Shown: piece by piece, positions 23,501 through 64,000 of the stretch
Numbering within the stretch: position 1 is the stretch's first letter
Layout: every line of letters starts with the position of its first letter
Assembly (NCBI GenBank): GCA_002269645.1
Contig: NIVC01002992.1
Coordinates: forward strand, 15,204 to 79,203
DNA: 64,000 nucleotides
Direction of reading: 5' to 3'
DNA from: Macrostomum lignano
Lineage: Eukaryota
The notes under the pieces: model-generated
Databases searched by the model: none
Seen by the model: the letters and a program-made list of their open reading frames with translations, nothing else
What the model was told of the DNA's origin: nothing
Position numbers and translations under genes: made by a program

Positions 23501-26411
23501 GAAGCCGGAGACTGTCGGCCGCCGAAGGCCGGTTCAGCAGCCGAACGGTGGCGGCGGAGGCTGGCGGGCCGCGCAGGACAACCGTGAGACAGTCGTAGCG
23601 ACTCTGGCCGATGGAGTTCACTATGAGCAGCTCGCCTGGCAACTGCTTGGGGATCTGCGAGATTTAAGGATTGGCTGCTGCTTTGAGACAGCGACTGCGG
23701 AACATCGAAAGAGACAGAAGCTATTACCTAGCAGCTACATGGGGGAGCCGCTAAAGGGGGAGACGCTAAAGGGGGAGACGCTAAAGGAGGAGACGCTAAA
23801 GGGGGAGACGCTAAAGGGGGAGACACTAAAGGGGGAGACGCTAAAGGGGGACACTACATGGGAGACACTAAATGGGAGACACTACATGGGAGACGCTACA
23901 GGGGAGACTGTACAGGGGAGACGCTACAGGGAAGACGCTACGGAAGAAGCTACAGAAAAAGCTACGGAAGAAGCTACAGGGAAGACGCTACGGAAGACGC
24001 TACAGGGAAGACGCTACGGAAGAAGCTACGGAAAAAGCTACGGAAGAAGCTACGGAAGAAGCTATTGAAGAAGCTACGGAAGAAGCTAGTAAGCTACGGA
24101 AGAAGCTAAGGAAGAAGCTAGTAAGCTACGGAAGAAGCTAAGGAAGAAGCTAGTAAGCTACGGAAGAAGCTAAGGAAGAAGCTAGTAAGCTACGGAAGAA
24201 GCTAAGGAAGAAGCTAGTAAGCTACGGAAGAAGCTATTAAGCTAAGGAAAAAGCTAAGGAAGAAGCTAGTAAGCTAAGGAAGAAGCTAAGGAAGAAGCTA
24301 GTAAGCTACGGAAGAAGCTACAATAGACTCCCAGCTATGCTGGGAACTGTAGAACCAAAGCAGCCCCGCCCAAGACTTGCGTTACCTCAAAGCCCACCGG
24401 CCCGGGCAGCCGCGGCGGTTTCCGCCAGCCGCCATCGAACGCGTCGGCAAAGACAGGCGGCGAGTCAATGGAGCCGCCAAGCAGGCTGGCAAGTGCGCCG
24501 GCCAGCGCCTCCACGGAGCGGTTGAATGCGCCAGGCAACACCTTGGCCAGGTACTGCTCCTCGATCACCTCCTGTGTAGATGTGCCAGTGATGGAGTCGT
24601 GATGCTGGAACAGTGACAGATTACGGCGAGCCCAGTCTAGCCTGGGATAAATCTGCTTGTACAGCTGCTTATCGGCGCTATGAAGAGCCGCTTTGGTGGA
24701 GAAGATCTCTGCCGCTCTTAGTAGGGATTCGATCTCGCGACTGCACCTGGATTGATTGAACATTTGCCTAGGAAGGTTAAATATTCTGTAGCTTCTTTTG
24801 GACAGTAGAACTACAAAAACTACACGGGCTACACAGCTACAACAAGTTGAGTTTTTGAATGTAGACTTCAAGGCACTCTCCAATCCCTTCAAAATGCCTT
24901 TCCTCTGTACTCGGTGCCTGCACAGGATGCTTGTCGTGCGATTCACACCCATGAGAGCCAACTCCCAAGGCACATATACTGTTCTGTGGGAGCCCCCAAA
25001 ATCCGTACCGCTTCAACCCGGGCCGGGATGTGAAGTAGCCGCTCCAGTAGTCCTCGTCCTTGTCAGTGTAAGTGAAAAAATCGCCCATAAAGTTTGGCAG
25101 CCGCTCGCTCTCCGGTCGCTTCGCCAGCTGGGCTCGAAGCTCGGCAAAATAATCCTTCATAGTGCCGAATTTGATCTCCACATTCATGCTGGACTGACTG
25201 TTCATGTAGTCCATCAGCTTTTTGTAGTTGTTGTACTGCTGGTTCCACTCCTCCTCCCGGTCCCAGCGGAAATCGTCGCCCAACGGCATCATGAGGACAT
25301 TGTGCCTGTAGAATTTGCTCTTGGCCTCCAGCTGCTGGAACAGCATGTCCGACAGGCGGTTCACATTCTTCGGATCGACGTTGGTGCCCAGACTCTCCGA
25401 CAATTCGCCATCAATATTGCGAAAGTCGAAATACAAGCAGAATGACGGGTTGGGGCCGCACGAGTACTTGATCTGGTACAGCATGAACGGCAGCACGCTG
25501 GTGAGCAGCTGGGTGTCTGGGCCGCGGCCCGAACTGCTCCAGAAGGTCTGCCAGTTGAACTCCAACGCCCGTTCGCGCCGCAGCATGTCCTTGATGTGCT
25601 CGTTAATGCGCAGTATAACATAATTTTGGATGCCGGCAAGGGACTGCAGATGAGGCGAGAGCAGCGAATACCCGAACGGATCAACATTCCAGTAGGTTTC
25701 GGGTGCGACGCCCAGGTTCTGCTTAATCCACAGGTGACCGTCCAGCATTTGATTTATTAGCGCAAAATAATGCGTAGAAGCTTCATCTGGGGATACCCAG
25801 CCTCCGCTGGTGATCTCTAAACGACCCTGCTTGACCAGGGACTTCATGGCCGCCCGCTGGTCTGGCGTGGCCTCTGAGAACCAGGTGCTGAGGAATACAG
25901 CCTCAGTCCAGATGAAGCGCATTTCCGGCCACTTAGTCAGGTACTTGAGCGCATAGTTGAGCACATTGCGAGTCTGCAGATGATAATAACTATCGTACGA
26001 TTTCAACCAATTCGGATCATTATGCGAGTGAGGCACTACAAACACTGTTAGCTTCTCGCCCTTGGGCTTCAGGGCTTCAAGCGACTTGGGCACTTGGACG
26101 CCATTCTCAAATGTGACAGCCTTGGGGTCGTAGCGCCTGTCGAACTTGCCAAGCAGCTGGTTGGCAAAGAAAGTCTTGACGCCAACTGACTGCTGGTTAA
26201 TCCGAGTGCACCGATTGCTCAGAGCTCCTTGGAGCTTCGGCTTGGGCAATGGATTGAGCAAGTCAGCCAGCTGCGGCTCCTTGGCATCGAGTGAGTCATC
26301 ATTGATTGACAAGGACTGCTCCCGGTGATAGCTGAGTGAAAAGTAGGTCAGCACTAGAAATGCAATGGCAAACAGAGCTAGTAGGCACCAAATGCGCGTC
26401 TTGAACCGCAT
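19980..26411 (-). CDS. MAN2A: Golgi alpha-mannosidase II-type enzyme (GH38), complete, 5 exons, about 1145 aa, type II membrane protein
   Basis: Exons 26411-25009, 24746-24386, 23654-23076, 21541-21044 and 20576-19980 sum to 3438 nt in one frame. It has an N-terminal signal anchor and the motifs PHSHNDP, WNVDPFG, PLGDDFR, YWSGYFTSRP, LFQHHDSITGT, GAYIM and QDDSRGVGQ. Confidence 0.95.
20582..20990. repeat. Two short arrays in mannosidase intron 4 (~21-bp GGGGAATTCTGG.. and 23-bp GGGATTATCGATMGAATCGCGGT)
   Basis: Direct inspection. Confidence 0.88.
21044..21541 (-). CDS. MAN2A: Alpha-mannosidase II exon 4 (C-terminal domain)
   Basis: caacag|GTG GAG ... TCT CAG|gtgtgc; FYTDANS, YPV and LDIVLHRR motifs; 498 nt, phase 0-0. 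Confidence 0.9.
21715..23015. repeat. 23-bp minisatellite TTCTATCGATAATCCATCTGTAR
   Basis: About 55 copies. Confidence 0.97.
23076..23654 (-). CDS. MAN2A: Alpha-mannosidase II exon 3
   Basis: ctcgcag|ATC CCC (an in-frame alternative acceptor gives exon start 23642) ... GGC GGG|gtgagc; LLIVNS and GAYIM motifs. Confidence 0.85.
23750..24320. repeat. Compound purine-rich array (15-bp GGGGGAGACGCTAAA grading into 12/20-bp GGAAGAAGCTA..)
   Basis: Fills mannosidase intron 2. Confidence 0.92.
24386..24746 (-). CDS. MAN2A: Alpha-mannosidase II exon 2 (middle domain, FQHHD)
   Basis: aatccag|G TGC AGT CGC GAG ... TTT GAG|gtaacg. Confidence 0.92.
25009..26411 (-). CDS. MAN2A: Alpha-mannosidase II exon 1 (TM anchor, stem, GH38 catalytic domain)
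   Basis: 524-aa ORF in the track; family homology ends at ...SRPGLKR, donor CG|gtacgg. Confidence 0.95.
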
Positions 26412-28442
26412 GCTTGCCAGCAGGAAGTGAAGGATCTTCCAATTTACCTTGGGTAATTTTGAGTTTCACTGGGCTTTTAGCATGAGTTATTATGAAGTTT
26501 TAAGATTATTTTATTATAAGCATTAATGTCTAAAGCTTTTGAAAATCATAAATATACATATATAAGCACAGTTTATACTTTGTCTAATTGAAAAAAGTTT
26601 TGCTTGAAAAAGTAGTATTAATAATATGAATGTCTGTTGTTGAAATTTTAAAAGATGTACAAAGAATACTACATGTTTTTGACATTCTTGTTCTTATTAT
26701 TTTTGTTTAGCAATGTTAAAATAGAAAATCATAGATAGGTGCTTATTTGAAAAAAATGAGAAAAAAAATTAGATAATCTTTTAAGAATAAAAAAGTAAAT
26801 AATGACAATGTAACCTACTGTGACGTTGCTAGTATAAGGGGGTCCCATAAAAAGGCCGTTGGACTGCAATTTCACTATAATTTCTCAGTTAAAATTTTCC
26901 AATAGTTTATTCTCACATTTACTTGTAGTAGCGCCCAATGAATCTGTATCAATCGCTAATTCACTGTGTATTTGGTAAACCTTGTGTTCATCTGTAAAAT
27001 CTAGCACGATCAATATTTTCAAGTTCTTGTTTTTTCCCCCACCAGCCAATGAAAACTCTCTGCGTGTATTATGCTAACCTTTCTGTGCTCTTTATTAACC
27101 CCCACCTGGCGGCAGCCTGGGGGTCTTCACCTTGTTTTCCTCTTCCCCCCTTGTGGCCTCTCGTTTTCCTTCTCTCTCCTTATCTCTTGCCACGGCCCAC
27201 CCTGTCTAGGCCCATCTCGCCAGCCAGACTTGTTTACGCCTTTCTACTGCCTGTCTATTCTCCTAGTGCCACCGCACTGTTTGCTCACTGCCATCATTTG
27301 CCACTTGGGATCACCTTCATCGTGCTCAACCGCCTTCAACTTAACTCAACTTATTGTTGCGCTGCCACCAGTGCCCAGTATAGTAGTCCACTATATTGAA
27401 ACTGTTAACCTTTGTGTCAATCTGACTACTACTCAAATAAACAAGCCTCCAGCCAACTTGTTGCTGCTATATTGCCAGTGCTACCACTACAAACTGCTGT
27501 GTTGTCTGAACCAGTACTTCATCACCAAGACAAAAACTTGTGACATTACATTTGGCTAAATTTTGATTTAGCAGAAAATGCTTATAAAAGACCAAAAGAA
27601 AGCAAAGATTATGATTATGAAAAGGTTATGACCTTTTTCCTAAAAATTGACCTATAAAAAGCATTGAGTTAGGCATGTCAAGAAAAATTATTTATAGAAG
27701 GAAGTAGATCTAAAAATTAGGTATAAACTATATAGTTTGATGCATAAAAGGATTTATTATATAAAAATGATATAAAAGCCTCTTGCACATTATCTTAAAC
27801 AAATTCATTTTGTAGCTTGTTATTCCTAGCAAAATGCAATTTCAAATATTGATTTATTATGACCCTGTCCCTACAATATCATAGTGCAATGTGCATGGCC
27901 GTATGATCGTAACAGATAGCTGTGAGGTAAAATTCTGGTTAGTTTATCAAGTAAAAAATAATTACATTACAACTTATTTTACTATTCTATTTTTAAATAT
28001 CATTAGATAGAGTAGTCCTATAAAACAAGATAACAAAATTACCATCTCATTAGAAAACATTTTTAGTTTATAGGAACTAGGAAGTTCGCCAGTCACTGTC
28101 ACTGTCGTCAAAGCTGTGAGCTGTCGGTCAGTTTACCATTTAAAGATTCCTATAAAATCCTAATGGACAAAATCGCGCGAAATTTATGTCATTTAAAACA
28201 CATAGTTATGTGTCTTGGTAAGGGACTTGCAAAATACGAGAAATAAACGAGAAAATAAACAGCATAGTTGTTGATAATCCAAAAAGATAGAAAATAATTT
28301 ACTTTTTAACACTAAACAGCTTCGACTTACTGCGATGATTAATGACAATATTTTAAAATTAAAATTAAGTTTTATGAGTTGAATTATAAGTAATTTGTAA
28401 AAACATTTATTTCATATTTGAACATCGCATATGGGTCAGGAC

Positions 28443-29307
28443 CAGTGTTGGGCACTTCCGTTACCGAGTAACTTGCAAATGGTAACGCAAGTTACTTTTT
28501 CGTAAAGCGTTCCTTACGCAAGTTACTTTTTTATTTTAGTAACGGAGTAACGGTAAGTTACTCAAATTTCAGAAGTCCGTTACAGTTACTTTGCAACAAT
28601 CGCAATATTTAAATTTAAAACTGAAATGCTTAGCTATTACGCCGGTTGTCACATTTTTTTGCATTTTTCATTCCTAATTCAAAATTAAGTGAATAGTATC
28701 ATTTGGTATTGCGCTTTAATTAATGAAGAAATACTTAAAACATGTTTTGCTTAGTTATAATTTCAGTAAAATATTTTCGCCTTTCATTTTATTTTTCAAT
28801 TTTTATTTCTCATTTTCAATTTACTAAAAATTTTCAAGTTTGATTCAAACAAACAACCAAAGAAAGAAATTCGTCTGTAGCCTCCACAAGTCCCTCCACT
28901 GGCACTGCAGTACACTACACCATTTTATACAGTTATTTATTTTACTCTATTGAATTATTGATATTCGTTTATTTTATCATTTATAATTTTAATTATTGAT
29001 TGCCATTGCCCATCGGTCCTTCTACTTGCCTCACATCGTGTCGCCAATTGCTGTCTCTGTCTGTTAATCGGTTAATCCCAATGCCCAATGGCAAATTTCG
29101 GTAACAACAATGTAAAAAAATGCAATGTGAAAAAAGCAGAAAATTTTGTTAATAACATGGGTAACGGAAGTGAGTAACGGACAGTAACTTAAAAGTTACC
29201 GGGTTTTTGTCTAAAGTTACTAGGCTAACGTAAGTTACTTTTTAAAAATTGGTAACTTAAGTTACAGTAACGCAAGTTACTTTTTTTGAGTAACTTGCCC
29301 AACACTG
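28443..29307. mobile_element. Non-autonomous hAT-superfamily DNA transposon (MITE-like, 865 bp)
   Basis: 12-bp TIR CAGTGTTGGGCA/TGCCCAACACTG; perfect 8-bp TSD GTCAGGAC (28435-28442 and 29308-29315); subterminal GTAAC/GTTAC repeats at both ends; no ORF. Confidence 0.92.
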
Positions 29308-30399
29308 GTCAGGACAACTGGACCATTTTTAATACAGTCAGTCTGTGAGGTACTATTATTTAATGAGTAATCTATAATTCCTTATTATGCTGATTTTCCT
29401 CATTGGGTTGTCTTTAAAACGTTTACTTTTACTTGACAATTCTGTCCCCAAATAACCAAATTCAGTTTTTTGCTTTCGGTATATTATACTTTTACTGGTT
29501 ATTACTATTCGTAATTCGTAATTCTTTTATTATTTCACTATTGAATATCACTAATCAGATATTGCCTATGCCATGCTATTGTCATTGATTGTATTGCTAT
29601 AATGCTATTTTATCTTTATAGCATAGGTTTTAAATATAAGTATTAATATTTATTATTAGACCCTGATTTTAACTTGTGCGATTAAGTTGCATTATAATTT
29701 GAAGCATACTGATTAAAGGACATTGCAACACATTTTCTTGATGCTTAGTATGTATGAATTTCCTATAAAAATTTGAATCCATATTTAAAAGCTTGAACTT
29801 GAAATATATTTAATTTTGGTAGGCCCTATTTTAATAGATTTTCTATTTGTTAATAGTAGTAAAGAAATTAGTACTAATACAGTATATTGGTAGTTAATGA
29901 TAGGCATAAAAGATTTGTGTATTTTCATAAATGGATCATGTTTTCATTCAACTTTAGTTATAATGTCATTATTAAAATGAAGTTTTGGTTTTTTGTTTTT
30001 TAATAATAATTTCTGCTTTATATAAAATAGTTGCTTTGGTTTTATTGTGTGATTTATGCTGTTGAGGGTCATATAGTCTATATATGTCTTAAGATTAGAA
30101 TGTAGAAAATTACTATTTTATACCCTATGTTAGTATATGCCTATATGCATATCAATATGCATACAATATATGATGATCAGGGTCAATAGGATGGCCATAA
30201 CTGTTTGCCTGTTTGCTACTGGCAGGTCAATGGTCACCTGTCACCAATACCAAATGCCTCAAGCCAAGTAACCAAATCTACACATGCAACACTTCACTCT
30301 CTATGACAGTATATATATGACAGCATTTAACCATATTTTCATTTTTTCCTTAGTTTCCCTTCGTTCCAATACTTCGACATTCCCTGCGCTGGCTGCTGC

Positions 30400-30724
30400 A
30401 CAGTGCACAGTCACGTGACAGATTAACGCGTCCTCCCCGATCTGCTTTATCCTCATTGGCTGACTAGGGCGAGTGGCGAACATCGGCAGGGGCGAGGGGG
30501 CGATGGGAGCTCCGAAGGGCCGACTGGTGCAGGAAAATCTCAGTTTAAACGTGTCCAACTCTCTCGCCCCATCCCTCTGTCCCTCACTTCCCATTCCTCC
30601 TATCCGCCAGGCCTTGGCAGCCGGCCTCAATCCGCCCGCCTTCGCCCGCTTTGCAGCGCCGACTGATTCTCGTTAACGCCATCGAGTCTGGCTGGCCAGC
30701 CGGGCCCTCCTACCCGGTCCGCTC
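30400..30724 (+). promoter_or_regulatory. Putative FARP proximal promoter/5'UTR (CpG-rich; E-box GTCACGTGAC, CCAAT, GC-rich boxes)
   Basis: Abrupt AT-to-GC transition; palindrome GTCACGTGAC at 30410-30419; ATTGG at 30455-30459. Confidence 0.4.
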
Positions 30725-60833
<30,109 letters not shown>

Positions 60834-62494
60834 CAGCCGCGCGCAGCCATCAGCCGAGCTCACTGCAATAAGAAACCGGGCCATTGCCAGACAGAAGTCT
60901 GGAAAGTATAAATCTGACAGTATTCTCGAGCGTTCGATGCCTGAATTCTCCATCTGTTTAAGCTTCATCGGTCCAGCATCCTTGAACTCTAAAAATGATG
61001 ATTAGTCCTTCTTCATCTGCAGCTTATTTATATTTTATAACTGTTGCGATCTATCGAATCTCATTTTTGCGCTCTACACGCTACTTACACAGCTGCGCAT
61101 GACAGTAGTCTGGTTGAGGCATTAGCGGCGATCAGTTTCCTTGCATTGGTTGGAGGTGAAGTATTTATAATTTATTACTCTGTTGCAAATTTGTTGCAGT
61201 AGCGTCTGTGTTGCAGCAGATTCTATTAGCTTATTAATCAAACTGCGGTACACTGATTGTTTATTATAATTCTTATTGCTTTTCCTTGCTGTAATATTAA
61301 CTAATATCGATTAATTGTTGTTTTCTATCGAAGTTCCAGCGCAGCCAAAGCGATTGATCCCCATCTGCTGGCTTTGTACTTTTCTATAGAGAGGGCTCTG
61401 CCGCTGCCCCCCCAGCTGAGTTCAGTGTGGAGATGACCATAAATTAGCCTGGCCTGACACTGCAGACAAATTCTAATAGCTGGCAGTCTGAGTGAATCAG
61501 ATCAACAAAGGTTTTGCTGCTTTATTTCATTTTGTTACACAAAAATACATCGCAATCGCCGATGAGGCCGAGTGTCGAAGCTGGCGTGCCAACAACCCTG
61601 AGAACTCTCAGTAACCATGTCGCTAAGATCAGTGTCACTAAAGCAGCGAGGTCCACAAGAATAGCGACAAAGTCACTGCAACTAACTCACTAGTGACTCT
61701 AGCGACTCCAGGGGCGCTCTTGTGACTTTTTAACAACTCAAACGCGTCCAATGCGACGGAGAGGCGCTAAAGTGTCGTCCAAGAATCGTTGTGTTGGCGC
61801 TTAACTTTCTACTAACTCAGTAGGCTAGTTAGTGTTTCAGAAACAACTCAGTGACTCTACAGCGACTCTAGCACGCCTCAAATACGACTTTACGGCCCCA
61901 GAGTCATTTAGCATCGCAGTCAATAAAACGCTTTAAAGTGATTCATCTTTGTGGCTTTAAAGTTTTCATCGGTCAGCACGGCATCTTTTCGGCTGTGCTG
62001 AAACTGGAACTGCTTCTCTTTATGTCGAGGTCTTTTGCTAGTCGTCTCCAGTCTCTCCCCCATTGGAAGCTGCGCACCAGCGGTTCGCGATCTCGACTTC
62101 GGCATAAGTGTTCACCTGTGTCGCGGCCAGGCCCGCACTGCAGCTCTGACTGACCCTAATATGTATAACCTGTGGCCCATTTCCAGTAGACTACAGCTGG
62201 GAGGAGCCACCGGTACTCTGAGGCTCGAGCTAATACCAAAACAGCACTTATACAACAATGGACTTTTATCCACCCTGAGATGAGACCTGCAAATTCTTTT
62301 TGAAGGCTGGACCACACATTTGTTGCTGTTGAAAATAAGCTTTTGTTTATTTGTTTTCTTAATCGGAGAATTCGAGGGGCTGAGACAGCTTGTATAGAGA
62401 TAGTGGGGGCTGAGTAGGAATACATACGAGCGTGTGCAAAAACCAAGATATCGTGCATGTTCGCCCGGTAAATATCTGATAGATGTGTCGGCTG

Positions 62495-63866
62495 CTCTGC
62501 TCTGCTGTGCTCTGCTCTGCTCTGCTCTGCTCTGCTCTGCTCTGCTCTGCTCTGCTCTGCTCTGCTCTGCTCTGCTCTGCTCTGCTCTGCTCTGCTCTGC
62601 TTTGCTCTGCTCTGCTCTGCTCTGCTCTGCTTGCTCTGCTCTGTTCTGCTCTGCTCTGCTCTGCTGCTCTGCTCTGCTCTGCTCTGCTTCTGCTCTGCTC
62701 TTCTCTGCTCTACTCTACTCTGCTCTGCTCTGCTCTGCTCTGCTCTGCTCTGCTCTCTCTGCTCTACTCTGCTTGCTCTACTCTGCTCTGCTCTGCTCTG
62801 CTCTGCTCTGCTCTGCTCTGCTCTGCTCTGCTCTGCTCTGCTCTGCTCTGCTTTGCTCTGCTCTGTTCTGCTCTGCTCTGCTCTGCTCTGCTCTGCTCTG
62901 CTCTGCTCTGCTCTGCTCTGCTCTGCTCTTCTCTGCTCTACTCTACTCTGCTCTGCTCTGCTCTGCTCTGCTCTGCTCTGCTCTTCTCTGCTCTACTCTG
63001 CTCTGCTCTACTCTGCTCTACTCTGCTCTGCTCTACTCTGCTCTACTCTACTCTGCTCTGCTCTGCTCTGCTCTGCTCTGCTCTACTCTACTCTACTCTG
63101 CTCTGCTCTTCTCTGCTCTACTCTACTCTGCTCTGCTCTGCTCTTCTCTGCTCTGCTCTGCTCTGCTCTGCTCTGCTCTGCTCTGCTCCGCTCTGCTCTG
63201 CTTTGCTCTGCTCCGCTCTGCTCTGCTCTGCTCTGCTCTGCTCTGCTCCGCTCTGCTCTGCTTTGCTTTGCTCTGCTCTGCTCTGCTCTGCTCTGCTCTG
63301 CTTGCTCTGCTCTGTTCTGCTCTGCTCTGCTCTGCTCTGCTCTGCTCTTCTCTGCTCTACTCTACTCTGCCTCTGCTCTGCTCTGCTCTGCTCTGCTCTT
63401 CTCTGCTTACTCTACTCTACTCTGCTCTGCTCTGCTCTACTCTCTCTGCTCTGCTCTGCTCTCTCTTGCTCTGCTCTGCTCTGCTCTGCTCTGCTCTGCT
63501 TTGCTCTGCTCTGTTCTGCTCTGCTCTGCTGCTCTCTGCTCTGCTCTGCTCTTCTCTGCTCTACTCTGCTCTGCTCTACTCTGCTCTACTCTGCTCTGCT
63601 CTACTCTGCTCTACTCTACTCTGCTCTGCTCTGCTCTGCTCTGCTCTCTCTCTACTCTACTCTGCTCTGCTCTTCTCTGCTCTACTCTACTCTACTCTGC
63701 TCTGCTCTGCTCTTCTCTGCTCTGCTCTGCTCTCTGCTCTGCTCTGCTCTGCTCCGCTCTGCTCTGCTCTGCTTTGCTCTGCTCCGCTCTGCTCTGCTCT
63801 GCTCTGCTCTGCTCTGCTCCGCTCTGCTCTGCTCTGCTTTGCTCTGCTCTGCTCTGCTCTGCTCTC
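62495..63866. repeat. (CTCTG)n pentanucleotide satellite
   Basis: About 1.37 kb. Confidence 0.98.
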
Positions 63867-64000
63867 AGTTCGAGTCCGAGTTGCTGCAACTTAAGAAACA
63901 CGCCGTCAGGCCCCGGCCTGGCCAGTCCTCCCGCAGTCGGTCCGTCCAGCAGCCTGCAGGAGCCTCTGACAGCGTCGAACTCGATGGCCCGGCAGGCGGC
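63692..64000 (-). CDS. Probable 3' end of a PAN/apple-domain protein (5' partial, continues beyond window)
   Basis: GC-rich open frame AACRAIEFDAVRGSCRLL...GVFLK fits the C-terminal half of a PAN domain (C-x-A-x2-F-D-x4-C-x-L). It runs into the pentamer array to a TAG at 63694-63692. Confidence 0.45.
   Translation of the reverse strand, partial: AACRAIEFDAVRGSCRLLDGPTAGGLARPGPDGVFLKLQQLGLELRAEQSRAEQSRAEQSGAEQSRAEQSRAEQSKAEQSRAEQSRAEQRAEQSREEQSRAE

Noticed and set aside
27049-27559. Two overlapping plus-strand ORFs in the intergenic AT-rich island
   Set aside because: Leu/Pro/Ser-rich composition typical of non-coding pyrimidine-rich DNA; no homology.

Overview
Eukaryotic (metazoan) genomic DNA with GC-rich exons and introns packed with minisatellites. 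The style resembles a free-living flatworm such as Macrostomum (inference only). Three genes were reconstructed by hand from GT-AG junctions and family homology. (1) Minus strand: 5' part of a Src/Fyn-family kinase (myristoylation signal, SH3, start of SH2; exons 14895-14351, 9246-9148, 2397-2294; the rest lies left of the window). (2) Minus strand: a complete 5-exon Golgi alpha-mannosidase II-type GH38 gene (26411-19980, about 1145 aa). (3) Plus strand: a 15-exon FARP gene (FERM-FA-DH-PH-PH, 30725-60833) whose GC-rich 3' exons carry several single-base deficits, probably assembly errors. There is also a probable PAN/apple-domain exon at the right edge, a non-autonomous hAT element with a perfect 8-bp TSD (28443-29307), and about 35 tandem arrays. 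Most unusual: each of the three Src introns holds one array whose unit carries a sense-strand CAG|GT composite splice site; an inverted pair of arrays flanks a symmetric mannosidase exon; and the mannosidase GlcNAc anchor site, the Src SH3 surface and the FARP DH domain are all non-canonical. No CRISPR, rRNA or tRNA was recognised.
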